From: a virus
Direction: 5' to 3' (one strand)
DNA: 64,000 bases
IMG/VR virus record: IMGVR_UViG_3300020548_000306
The number at the start of each line of letters is the position of its first letter. Position 1 is the first letter of the stretch. This document shows, piece by piece, positions 25,276-34,742 of this stretch. The notes beneath the pieces are model-generated. The model worked only from the letters and a program-made list of their open reading frames with translations. It was not told the DNA's origin and searched no databases. The translations under genes and the position numbers were made by a program.

Positions 25276-25794
25276 ATGAAAGAATTTATAAAACGTAAAC
25301 TTAACGAATCATTAAAAAAAGAAATTTTAAAAGAATCACTTAGAACCCCAGAACCAGTTGAATTAATTGGTGATGAAGAAAGTTATAGAAATATAAACTA
25401 TAACGATATTGAACTAATTGATTTGGGTAATGACGGTGTTGATTTGATTTTTATTGGTATTAAATTACCAAATGAAAAACAAGTAAATGAAGGTATAGTT
25501 TTAGATGTTAAATTGGTAAATGATTTATATTTAATCATCAATCTTTTAATGGACTTTAATCTGCAAGGAAAAGGGTTAGGTTATAAAATTTATGAAAAAT
25601 TTATATTTGAGTTTGGTCACGCATTTTCTAGTTATGAAAAAAGAGCTAACCAAGAACAAATACCAGCAATTTGGAATAAATTAAAACAAAACTCTAGTTT
25701 TGAAGTTTATGATTCCAAAGTAGGTCAATTATGTGTGTTGAAAACAAATGAAGATAAATCAGAAATAATTCAAAAATTTAAAGAATTAGGTTAA
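25276..25794 (+). CDS. GNAT-like acetyltransferase with xxE leader
   Basis: LQGKGLGYKIY acetyl-CoA motif A (QxxGxG); ..AIWNKL; leader MKEFIKRKLNESLKKEILKE. Confidence 0.65.
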   Translation: MKEFIKRKLNESLKKEILKESLRTPEPVELIGDEESYRNINYNDIELIDLGNDGVDLIFIGIKLPNEKQVNEGIVLDVKLVNDLYLIINLLMDFNLQGKGLGYKIYEKFIFEFGHAFSSYEKRANQEQIPAIWNKLKQNSSFEVYDSKVGQLCVLKTNEDKSEIIQKFKELG

Positions 25795-26724
25795 TTTATA
25801 AGAACTTTGTAATAACTGTATCACGCCTTTATACCCCCATTTTTCAAATACTTTAGATGGGTCATAACCTTCTGGACATTTGACCACTTTTACTTTACCT
25901 CTTAACTCACCAAAGTTTATTTCATGGTATAATCTAACAGTGTCATCATACGCATCATCATCCATAACAATAACAACATAAGCTTTTGCTTTTTCTTGCA
26001 GCAAGTCCAACAATTGTTCTGGTAAGAATTTACCTAATAACGGAATTGAATTAGGTGTAACAATATGGTCTGTCGCACCTTCAACCAGATAGATTGTTGA
26101 ATCCCAATTTATTTTACCTTCATTGAAGACTATTTCTTGTTTCTCAACATCTGGATTTAGATATTTTAGTTTTGTAAAATCTTTTGGGAACCATCTAGCA
26201 ATAAAATAATTTAAATCACCATCTGAATTATATGATGGTATAATTACCCTATTAAAAAATTTACCAGTAGTTGTAAAACCTATTTTATAATCTTTGATTA
26301 TTTCATCTGTAATACCTCTTTCACGTAAATAATTAATGGCTTGCTTATAACGATATTCATCGCCTTTGCATTTAGACAATTCTTTATAACTTTCTGGTAA
26401 TGTAAGAACAATGTTCTTTTTTTCTTTTTCGGATATGTTTATGTCTGGTTTGATTAATACGTAATCTCGTAAGTTTTTAGGTGTACCGTATCGTTTAAGT
26501 AATTTAAAAACAGAACCATACATGTTGTTTTTTTCTTTACAAGCCCAACATTTATAAACTGATTCTTCGTAGTTAACTTCTAAGTTACCTTTACCATCAC
26601 CCTCTGGCATGTCCTTGTCTTCACCGCATGCTGGACAATCAAAGGCAATTTGCCCCGTTTCCTCATTATATTTTCTATGAGGACCTAAAAAACTTTCTAA
26701 AATATATACTAAATATTCATTCAC
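25786..26724 (-). CDS. dnaG: DNA primase (Zn finger + TOPRIM)
   Basis: FDCPAC...CWAC, YLRERG, RVIIP, EGATD, MDDDA, YDP; GTG start. Confidence 0.9.
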   Translation of the reverse strand: MNEYLVYILESFLGPHRKYNEETGQIAFDCPACGEDKDMPEGDGKGNLEVNYEESVYKCWACKEKNNMYGSVFKLLKRYGTPKNLRDYVLIKPDINISEKEKKNIVLTLPESYKELSKCKGDEYRYKQAINYLRERGITDEIIKDYKIGFTTTGKFFNRVIIPSYNSDGDLNYFIARWFPKDFTKLKYLNPDVEKQEIVFNEGKINWDSTIYLVEGATDHIVTPNSIPLLGKFLPEQLLDLLQEKAKAYVVIVMDDDAYDDTVRLYHEINFGELRGKVKVVKCPEGYDPSKVFEKWGYKGVIQLLQSSYKLT

Positions 26725-26728
26725 GGTT

Positions 26729-26759
26729 CAAAATTACAAAATTTATAAACCAATTACAA
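26729..26759 (-). promoter_or_regulatory. Bacteroidota sigmaA-type promoter
   Basis: TTGTAA-N17-TAATTTTG, ending 4 nt before the primase GTG. Confidence 0.55.
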
Positions 26760-26776
26760 ATATTTTACAAAATTTA

Positions 26777-27424
26777 TTATCTATCCCAAAGATTATTTTT
26801 ATACATGAACCCTATTCCAGCAACATAAGCATCGGATGTGTCAAATGTTTCTTTTTTAAGTTTGTTGTTTTTGTCATAGAACCAAGTTACTTGTGGTTCT
26901 AATTCAGCAACCTTTTCCCAAAGCACATATTTCTTATCAACGTCAAAAGGATATCCACCAAACAACACTGGTTTATTTTTAGCTATTTGTTTTTCGTTTA
27001 ATGCTGTTCCGTCTTTCTTAAAAGTTCTAATAGCCATTAATTCTGGGAATGAATATTGTCTAGCGTCATAAGATGAAATAAATTCTGGTACAATCCCTAA
27101 TGTGTCGTATACTGACTTAGAAATCATACCGTTAAATCTTAATAATGTAGCAATTGTATATACGTTGTTTGATTGTAGTAAAGGTTCTTCTATTACTACT
27201 CGGTCAATACCTATTTCTCTATATTTAAATAAAAATTCTTTTTCAAATATTTCAATTTTTTTGAATAACTCTTCCATCTTATTTGATGGTTTTGGTTTAA
27301 CAATAGGTGAAACATGGTGTAACAATTTAAGTTCACCTTTTTTACCTAAGTCTTCAAATAATGCAATACCTATTGTAGATGTCGAAACATCTAACGCTAA
27401 TAAAAAACTTTGTTTTTCTTTCAT
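26777..27424 (-). CDS. ruvC: RuvC-like Holliday junction resolvase
   Basis: LALDVSTSTIG, VVIEEP, FDTSDAYVAG acidic triad pattern. Confidence 0.75.
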   Translation of the reverse strand: MKEKQSFLLALDVSTSTIGIALFEDLGKKGELKLLHHVSPIVKPKPSNKMEELFKKIEIFEKEFLFKYREIGIDRVVIEEPLLQSNNVYTIATLLRFNGMISKSVYDTLGIVPEFISSYDARQYSFPELMAIRTFKKDGTALNEKQIAKNKPVLFGGYPFDVDKKYVLWEKVAELEPQVTWFYDKNNKLKKETFDTSDAYVAGIGFMYKNNLWDR

Positions 27425-27472
27425 GATTTTAATTTTAAATGAATATAAAATTAAAATGAAAAAAATAAAGAG

Positions 27473-28690
27473 TTATATGGTAATTTTTATTGATAAAGCT
27501 AAAAATTGATTAACATTTTTAGTGATTTGTCTATCTGTTTTACCATAAGCAATCAAATTTCCAAAATCATCATATAATCCAACTTCAGTTACTTTTGCAA
27601 TGTCATCATCAGCAAAATAAATGCTAGTTGACGCACCAAATTCACCTCTTTCAGCTATACATGTGATTATTTGACTTACATTTGTTGATATACTATCAAA
27701 TGTTAAAGTAGTAGCTGTTATTCCAGAAAATAATGTAGTTCCAGTTGAAGTGATAGCATCAATAATAACTGGGTTAGTAATTGCAATAAACCCTTTATCT
27801 AAATAAGCCATACCAACAGCAGTATCTGCTGTCAACGCTATGTTACTATTTGTTTGTAAACTATATGCTCTCTTACCATTATTACTAAATGGTTTATCTA
27901 AACCGTAACCAGTAGCCCAACTTAATGATGCATCACTATTAGGTTTTTTAATCGTGTCACTAAATAATGGAGCAACATTTAAACCAAATAAAACAACATT
28001 ATTTGCGATATCTCTATAACTAGCATCTAATTCATTTACAGTACCATTACCAGATTGTAAAGTACTATATAAAGTATATGTTCCAGCACTAGTAGGTAAT
28101 ACTAATTTAACTGTTTTACCGTCAATTACTTCACCATATGATGCATTGTTGATTCCGATGAATAACACTTTGTTAGTAGCAAAACCACTAAAACAAGTGT
28201 CTGAATAACCACCATTTGCTGCTGTAACACCAGTATAATTAATATCCGATGTTGAGTCTAATGGTAAATTAAAAGAACCAAATAAATTAACTAATGGGTC
28301 TGAATTAACATTATTTCTATTTACTAAGTTATATGTTAAGTTATTACCACTTATTGTAACTGAACCGTTATTTGCTGTTTCAGTTAAAATATTTATAGAT
28401 TCTGGTGAAACTGGTTTAGTTAAATCACCATTTTGATTTACAACTAAAAAGCTTTTTATCCCTACAAATTGAGGGGTACTGTTGCTAATTGTATTCGCAA
28501 AACCTATCTCACCGTTTATTGAAGGTACTTGACCAGATGATAAAGTTAAACTACTATAGTAATTAGCGTCAGAGTCACCTAAACTGAAAAACTTAATTAA
28601 ATTATTGTTAGTAGACACTAATTTTTGTCTACCTATTGGCGTTAACTTAGCTGTTAATGTTACCGATGTTGCTGAACTGTTAAATCCCAT
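27473..28690 (-). CDS. Virion structural protein (tail collar/baseplate-associated)
   Basis: N-terminal AKLTPIGRQKL..FSLGDSDANY and C-terminal KVTEVGLYDDFGNLIAYGK; paralogous to 28693..30885. Confidence 0.7.
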   Translation of the reverse strand: MGFNSSATSVTLTAKLTPIGRQKLVSTNNNLIKFFSLGDSDANYYSSLTLSSGQVPSINGEIGFANTISNSTPQFVGIKSFLVVNQNGDLTKPVSPESINILTETANNGSVTISGNNLTYNLVNRNNVNSDPLVNLFGSFNLPLDSTSDINYTGVTAANGGYSDTCFSGFATNKVLFIGINNASYGEVIDGKTVKLVLPTSAGTYTLYSTLQSGNGTVNELDASYRDIANNVVLFGLNVAPLFSDTIKKPNSDASLSWATGYGLDKPFSNNGKRAYSLQTNSNIALTADTAVGMAYLDKGFIAITNPVIIDAITSTGTTLFSGITATTLTFDSISTNVSQIITCIAERGEFGASTSIYFADDDIAKVTEVGLYDDFGNLIAYGKTDRQITKNVNQFLALSIKITI

Positions 28691-28692
28691 TT

Positions 28693-30885
28693 TTAGAAGT
28701 CAATTGATAATTCTAATGTTATTGTATTGTTATTGGCTAAAGCAACTGGTGTGCTTAATTTACCAATACAAACTAGATTCTTATCTGAATCATAAATACC
28801 CACTTCACTTACTTTAATATTTGATGGGTTTGTAGTTACATCACTACTTCTTGTTATATTTGTTGTTGAATTAAATTGGCTAGAATTAACTCTTATGTCA
28901 AAAATAGTTTTAAATATAGTAGCACCAATATGTGTGTTCAAATTACCGTAGAAAAATCTTTCATCACCAAATTGTAAATTATTTGGTGTTATGTTTGGAA
29001 CATAACTAATTAAATTATCCAATACAAATGTAGTTGATGATGCGTCTTTAATTAAGTCTAATACAAACCCATTTGTTAATGGAGTTTGAGTTTCTAATAA
29101 AGTTGGGCTAATTGTTTGTCCAGAAACACCAGTAATTGCTGTTGATGTGTAATCTAATTGTTTCCATAATGCTGGGTCTGGTCTATCTGTGATGTTTGTT
29201 ACTTTTTGATATAATAATTTAAAATTATATGCGTAGAAACCATAACCATCATAACCAACACTTTCAATTTTTCTCATGTAAGGTAAAAAATCTGTATTGT
29301 TGATGATAAATTGAATATCTTTTGCTGCTGATGTCGTATTTGTTATTTTAATGTATTTTTGACATGGTAACGCTGAAGTGAAACCAGATGTTACACCTAG
29401 ATTATCTAACGTATAAGTTAAATACATTGTTTCATTAACACCTAACACACCAGTAGATGTACCACCAGATGGTGCTGATAATGTTGCTTTTAATTCTGGT
29501 AATGTCCAGTTTCTGTTTGATTTATAAGACATAGCAGCAACTATTTCATCGTCATGGATTACAACTGTTTTAAGTTGTGGGAAAATCTTACCAACAACCA
29601 AAGGTGTTTCAGCTGAAGGGATTCTTGTCGGGTCTTCAATTAAATCAATATATTGTAAATCAGTATCCATTACTTTTGTTGAACCGCTAGCAATAAATCT
29701 CATACCCATTTCAGTTCCAAAACCAGAAGCAAAATCTCTTCTATGATACATTAAATCTGGTAAATCTATATAAAGGTATTTGTTGTTTGCTGTATCAGTA
29801 TAGAAGAATTCACCATAAATACTAGATACCATGTTGTTTGTATAATGAAGTATTGATATAGATTTAACTACATCGTCAACTGAACTTAAACCTGGGGTAT
29901 CACATGCTTGAGTTGTTAATTGTGATGCTGAAGCGTTAGAAACACAAGCCAAACCAAAATAAGGATATTTACTACCTAAGTATGGATAAGAACCATATTT
30001 AGTATAATCTTCATATAATTTAGTTGTTGTTAAACCAGTAACACCAGCTAACGTTTCACACCATACATTGTTCATATTCCAAACTGGAACTTCTTCACAA
30101 TTAATTGGACATAAAGAATCAAATGATAATGTATTTGAATCCCAATATGCTGTTTGTGAATCAGCACCAAATGTGTTGTTAACTTCACCGCCACCATAAA
30201 CAAAAACTTGTGAATAACCACTAAAGTTACTTAAATTAAAGTTTGGTAATTTTCTATCTAAATCAACATAATATCCAGTTGATGAAGCGGACATACTTTG
30301 AATCTTGTACCATAAGTTTTGTAATGGTTTGTCGTTACTATTTGCTGTTAACGTACCACCAGATAAAGATGCTTTATATGAACTATATTTAATCAAAACA
30401 TAATCACCAGTAGTTATTCCAGTTGTGTTGATAAATAATTTAGTTGTTCCACTAAATATAGAACTACCAACTGCGGTAGGTGAATTATATGAAGTATATT
30501 TAACATATGTCGAACCAGTTTTGGTGTTAAAAGTACCTCCAGTGTAATCAAAGAAACCTTTTGTATCTGCTTGGTTATTAACAACTGACCTAACAACACT
30601 AATTATTGAACTATCAACAACTTGTAAAGGGTCTGTTGTGGTTGAAGGTAGAACAAACGATTTCAAATTAGGTTGTTTATCAAATGGTCTAAAAATAACA
30701 CTAGTTGCTGATAACGTTACATTTGTTGGGTTAGCATCAACTATGGCTTCTCTAGCGTAATTTATTTCTGAATCACCTATAGCCCAATAAGAAAAATTAA
30801 GTTTACCTAATGCTAGTTGTGTTCTCCCTATTTCAGTTAATTTGATTGAAACGAATGGACTTGTACTTTTTATAATATATGACAT
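28693..30885 (-). CDS. Virion structural protein (tail collar/baseplate-associated)
   Basis: N-terminal IKLTEIGRTQL..WAIGDSEINY and C-terminal KVSEVGIYDSDKNLVCIGK; S/T/G-rich. Confidence 0.7.
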   Translation of the reverse strand: MSYIIKSTSPFVSIKLTEIGRTQLALGKLNFSYWAIGDSEINYAREAIVDANPTNVTLSATSVIFRPFDKQPNLKSFVLPSTTTDPLQVVDSSIISVVRSVVNNQADTKGFFDYTGGTFNTKTGSTYVKYTSYNSPTAVGSSIFSGTTKLFINTTGITTGDYVLIKYSSYKASLSGGTLTANSNDKPLQNLWYKIQSMSASSTGYYVDLDRKLPNFNLSNFSGYSQVFVYGGGEVNNTFGADSQTAYWDSNTLSFDSLCPINCEEVPVWNMNNVWCETLAGVTGLTTTKLYEDYTKYGSYPYLGSKYPYFGLACVSNASASQLTTQACDTPGLSSVDDVVKSISILHYTNNMVSSIYGEFFYTDTANNKYLYIDLPDLMYHRRDFASGFGTEMGMRFIASGSTKVMDTDLQYIDLIEDPTRIPSAETPLVVGKIFPQLKTVVIHDDEIVAAMSYKSNRNWTLPELKATLSAPSGGTSTGVLGVNETMYLTYTLDNLGVTSGFTSALPCQKYIKITNTTSAAKDIQFIINNTDFLPYMRKIESVGYDGYGFYAYNFKLLYQKVTNITDRPDPALWKQLDYTSTAITGVSGQTISPTLLETQTPLTNGFVLDLIKDASSTTFVLDNLISYVPNITPNNLQFGDERFFYGNLNTHIGATIFKTIFDIRVNSSQFNSTTNITRSSDVTTNPSNIKVSEVGIYDSDKNLVCIGKLSTPVALANNNTITLELSIDF

Positions 30886-30931
30886 ATTATTTTATATTTT
30901 GTTTTTTATTATATCTTCTTTTATTTTAATT

Positions 30932-30939
30932 ATAAATAT
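30932..30939 (-). promoter_or_regulatory. ATATTTAT phage promoter-like motif
   Basis: Intergenic, 46 nt upstream of the ATG at 30885. Confidence 0.5.
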
Positions 30940-30955
30940 TCAATAGTAAATAATA

Positions 30956-32383
30956 TTAATACGAATTTACAGAATTAGTTGTTATTTTTATAGGAATTGT
31001 ATCACTATAAGCAACATCATTTACTTCTGTACCACATATGGTAACATATTTCTTATTATTTTTGACTCTATAAAAATATTGTGTTCCAACACTACCAGTA
31101 ACTGTAAAGCTATTTGAATACACTCCTACATTTTGAATATAGTTAGTAGTTCCAGTAAAGTATAAAGAACTAAATCCACTATCATTACCTACTTCTAATG
31201 TAAAATTACCATTATTTGTTTGTGGTGTTGGTGATACTGTCCAATTTACCGTTACTAAATTAGTATTTATACCATTTGAATATTGCAGCAATGGAAAATA
31301 AACCAATGTTATTATATCATCTTCATAGATATCACCTTCTAATATTATACGTTTAGGGTTACTAGTTGATTTATAATAATCAACATTATCAGCTAATGTC
31401 GCACCATTTATCATTACAATTATTTTTGATAATGAATCTGGGTTAACTGATGTATAAACTTCGTATTTGCTTGTTGTTGTGTTGTAATAATATTTGTTAC
31501 TACCTTCACCATTTGTAGGACCACTAGGTATAGTCCCAACAACATCAATATAATCAATAGTTAACGCAGCTGATGATGTAGGTACATATATTAATGTTAC
31601 AATATCATCAACAACCGTTGCTGCACTTAAAGTGATAACATTTGCACTATATATGTAATCATAATCCCTAGCTAAACTTAAACCATTTAAAGTAACAACA
31701 AAATCACCATTAGGATTATTAGGTAATAATATTTGTGTTGTATTTGGTTCTGGTAATATTACAGACTGGTATAATGAATTAACTGGGATACCTTGTCCAG
31801 CATTAAATAATGTTGGTGTAGCTGCTGATGTAAATGCTAAGAAATAATAATCTAAATTATTGTAAATACCATATTCATTACCAAACAAATAAAAAGATGT
31901 GTCTATTTTCTTACCTAATCTTTTTAAATAATCTGTGCATGCACTATATTCAAAAAATCCTTTTACTAAGTATTCACCATCCAATGTTAGACCACTAGTT
32001 GGTACATATTGTGTTGTTGTATTTGTCGCACTAAAAGCTGAATAATTAATAAGTTCTGATGAAAATATTGGTGTTGTTGTAAACCCAGAAAACACATCTT
32101 CATACTTGTAAATTGAAAACTTAAATAAAGCATCAGTATCAATAAAAGTTTGTGTGTTTCCAGTAAACCCAAATGTTAAAGTTATAGGTTGTGTTGAACC
32201 AGTGATTATTTGAGTACTAGCAGACATAGTTGTTCCAGTACAATCAATTTTTGTTGCACCAGTCATATTAAATAAAGGTGTTTGAAAAATACAGATATCT
32301 GAACTCATGTTGACATTATAGTCTTTTTTGTTTCTTAGTCCAGAATGTGGTGTCTGTGAATATATTCTTTCTTGGTATCTCAT
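30956..32383 (-). CDS. Virion structural protein with two NG.L...DY...D.(I/V)TL.Y repeats and an FN3-like C-terminus
   Basis: LNGLSLARDYDY...DDIVTLIY; INGATLADNVDY...DDIITLVY; YFYRVKN. Confidence 0.7.
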   Translation of the reverse strand: MRYQERIYSQTPHSGLRNKKDYNVNMSSDICIFQTPLFNMTGATKIDCTGTTMSASTQIITGSTQPITLTFGFTGNTQTFIDTDALFKFSIYKYEDVFSGFTTTPIFSSELINYSAFSATNTTTQYVPTSGLTLDGEYLVKGFFEYSACTDYLKRLGKKIDTSFYLFGNEYGIYNNLDYYFLAFTSAATPTLFNAGQGIPVNSLYQSVILPEPNTTQILLPNNPNGDFVVTLNGLSLARDYDYIYSANVITLSAATVVDDIVTLIYVPTSSAALTIDYIDVVGTIPSGPTNGEGSNKYYYNTTTSKYEVYTSVNPDSLSKIIVMINGATLADNVDYYKSTSNPKRIILEGDIYEDDIITLVYFPLLQYSNGINTNLVTVNWTVSPTPQTNNGNFTLEVGNDSGFSSLYFTGTTNYIQNVGVYSNSFTVTGSVGTQYFYRVKNNKKYVTICGTEVNDVAYSDTIPIKITTNSVNSY

Positions 32384-32625
32384 TAGTAACTTATTTCAAT
32401 ATCTTTAATTTCAACATCATACTGGTTTTTTAACCCATATATGTTAGGGGTGTTAGCTCTACTAGTATTTTGAATTTTAGAGAAATTTTGTAAAAAAGCT
32501 GTAAATCCATATATACTCACAAAATCTTCACCTTGAATGTCACATACAATATTTTTAACTAAACTAACCGAACCAGTATATTCAGTTACAACTTCACCAA
32601 CTATATTTTTTAATAATATCAACAT
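32383..32625 (-). CDS. Small hypothetical protein in the structural cluster
   Basis: 80 aa; TAATG overlap with the downstream gene. Confidence 0.6.
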   Translation of the reverse strand: MLILLKNIVGEVVTEYTGSVSLVKNIVCDIQGEDFVSIYGFTAFLQNFSKIQNTSRANTPNIYGLKNQYDVEIKDIEISY

Positions 32626-32629
32626 AACT

Positions 32630-32637
32630 ATAAATAT
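32630..32637 (-). promoter_or_regulatory. ATATTTAT phage promoter-like motif
   Basis: 4 nt upstream of the ATG at 32625 (unusually close). Confidence 0.4.
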
Positions 32638-32653
32638 TCTTTATTAATAAAAA

Positions 32654-33244
32654 CTAAGACCTATTATAAAAATAATCCCAACTCACACCATTATTATTGG
32701 TATTACTATCTTTTACAGTACCTCTAAACTCAGAACCAATATCGATTCTTTTCATATAAATACCACAACATTTAGTTGTCACTTGTTTTTCATTGGTTAT
32801 TGTTGTGATATCTGAACACGTATCAAAATCGTATGCTTGTACTTCACAATTTGTATCTAAAAGAAAAACAATTTCTTTTTGTAATTCTTTATTTTTTTTA
32901 AATGCATCCATATAAGCATTCCATTCAGAATGACCGCATTGGTCAAAACTTCCGTTTCTCAATGCTGTTTCTAAATCAGCTAATGCTTGTCTTAATGGTC
33001 CTAATGGTTCGTAATCGATAAATACAAACCATTCATCATATAAAGCAGTTATTCTATCTTTACATTCTGACGCTGCAAAATTTCCAATTTTACTCAAATA
33101 ATATTCATTAAACATTTTACTATTATAGTCAATTATTGCCCTAAATGTTGTGAAAACATCTTCCCATTGTGTAGGTGTTGTTTTTGTCATGTTTGAACCA
33201 CAAACACCAGCATTGTATAAATCTTCTATATCAAAAAAGTACAT
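32654..33244 (-). CDS. MYFFD-family protein 3
   Basis: Begins MYFFDIEDLY. Confidence 0.75.
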   Translation of the reverse strand: MYFFDIEDLYNAGVCGSNMTKTTPTQWEDVFTTFRAIIDYNSKMFNEYYLSKIGNFAASECKDRITALYDEWFVFIDYEPLGPLRQALADLETALRNGSFDQCGHSEWNAYMDAFKKNKELQKEIVFLLDTNCEVQAYDFDTCSDITTITNEKQVTTKCCGIYMKRIDIGSEFRGTVKDSNTNNNGVSWDYFYNRS

Positions 33245-33258
33245 AATTATAAATTTAT

Positions 33259-34038
33259 TTAATTAATGTTATAATCTTTAAATAACTCATCATCAAAATT
33301 ACCGTTTTCATCAAAAGCGTCTGTTATAGGTCCTTGAGTTAAGACAATGAAATTTTTAAAACTACACATTGCAATTTTCATTTTTTCTTCAAAATTGTTA
33401 ACTTTTTGTGTTAAATCAGCTATTTCAAAACTAGTACCATAATTAGCTGTAAATGTAATTCCAGAAACTGCTTCTGTGTATGGATTAAAAATACCCCAAG
33501 TTTCAACACTAGTACCAGTTCTACAATCGTTACCACCACTCCAAGTAGTTATTAGATAATCTTTATATTGCTCGTATGTTCCACCCCATGCAAGTGATGG
33601 GTTAACCCCTTCGTTACTAAATGGCTCTTCAGAATATAGAATTTCTTGCCAATTTAATGTTTTACCATAATCATAATAATACCTACATAATTTATAAGTA
33701 TAATATAATTCAATACTGCTTTTGACCCAGTCTGTAATTTTTAATTGAAAATCTAAATAAGCAACTTTAAAATCTGGTGTGCAACCAAAATCTGGTTCTG
33801 TAGGGTTTACTCCATCTTGAGGTGCTTCAGCGGCCATTGTCGCTAAATACATTTCACTAGCAGCTTTTAAAAAAGCATCACGGGTTGCCCTATAAGTTGC
33901 AAAAGAATCATCCATAAAGAAGCCTGGTCCTCCACCACAACCGTGTTGATTTCTGGAAGCTCCATAATTATACCATGTTTGAGAAGAATCTTGAAACAGA
34001 TTCTTGCTGTAATAATCTACTAAATCAAAAAAATACAT
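33259..34038 (-). CDS. MYFFD-family protein 2
   Basis: Begins MYFFDLVDYY; contains TYRATRDAFLKA. Confidence 0.75.
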   Translation of the reverse strand: MYFFDLVDYYSKNLFQDSSQTWYNYGASRNQHGCGGGPGFFMDDSFATYRATRDAFLKAASEMYLATMAAEAPQDGVNPTEPDFGCTPDFKVAYLDFQLKITDWVKSSIELYYTYKLCRYYYDYGKTLNWQEILYSEEPFSNEGVNPSLAWGGTYEQYKDYLITTWSGGNDCRTGTSVETWGIFNPYTEAVSGITFTANYGTSFEIADLTQKVNNFEEKMKIAMCSFKNFIVLTQGPITDAFDENGNFDDELFKDYNIN

Positions 34039-34054
34039 AATTGTTTGTTTTTAT

Positions 34055-34062
34055 ATAAATAT
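34055..34062 (-). promoter_or_regulatory. ATATTTAT phage promoter-like motif
   Basis: 16 nt upstream of the ATG at 34038. Confidence 0.5.
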
Positions 34063-34727
34063 TATATTGTATACTCTTCAAATGTGTCGTTATCTATTGC
34101 CTTCATTAACGCTTTAAGGCTACCCATATATTTTCTTAATGAATTGTTTTGATTATAATAATATGAATCATTCCAATCATTATATTGTGGGTGTACTATT
34201 GTGAAATTAACACTTGTATTAATATTTGTTGATGGGTTAGCTGAAAAACAACTATATGTTGTTGCACCAGTATAAGGTGATTCCGATTGAGAAGTAATTA
34301 AAGACCCATCTGTAGCATAACTAGACCACGCATCTTTATAACTAGTACATGTAAAATTACCTTCTGTTTTATTATCTACACATCTAGATTCCCATACTTT
34401 TTCAGTAAAACATGATTGATTAGCATATTTTACCCAATCAATTCTGTATTGCAACCAATTTGGTAGTAACTGATTATAATAAATGTTTCTAGCTAAAGTA
34501 TTTGTTGAATTACCAATATTAACGGTTGTTGCTGTAAACCATCTATGCACATAATTTATGTGTGCATCTGCTGTAGCGTTTGCAGTGCTTGCCATATCCC
34601 CATAAGCAGTAAAATGTTGTGGTCTACCACAATAGTTTATACCACCGCCACCACTACCACCTTTCAAATCAGCGTTAAACTGATTTATAGTCGTACCAGC
34701 ATAATCTTCTATGTCAAAAAAATACAT
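34062..34727 (-). CDS. MYFFD-family protein 1
   Basis: Begins MYFFDIEDYA. Confidence 0.75.
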   Translation of the reverse strand: MYFFDIEDYAGTTINQFNADLKGGSGGGGINYCGRPQHFTAYGDMASTANATADAHINYVHRWFTATTVNIGNSTNTLARNIYYNQLLPNWLQYRIDWVKYANQSCFTEKVWESRCVDNKTEGNFTCTSYKDAWSSYATDGSLITSQSESPYTGATTYSCFSANPSTNINTSVNFTIVHPQYNDWNDSYYYNQNNSLRKYMGSLKALMKAIDNDTFEEYTI

Positions 34728-34742
34728 ATCTTATAAATTTTA

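Noticed and set aside
24425-27424. PD-(D/E)XK nuclease as Cas4 and the RuvC protein as a Cas12/TnpB-like effector
   Set aside because: No repeat-spacer array in the window; the nuclease lacks the Cas4 four-Cys Fe-S pattern; the RuvC protein is 215 aa with no Zn finger or REC lobe; both sit in a normal replication/recombination cluster
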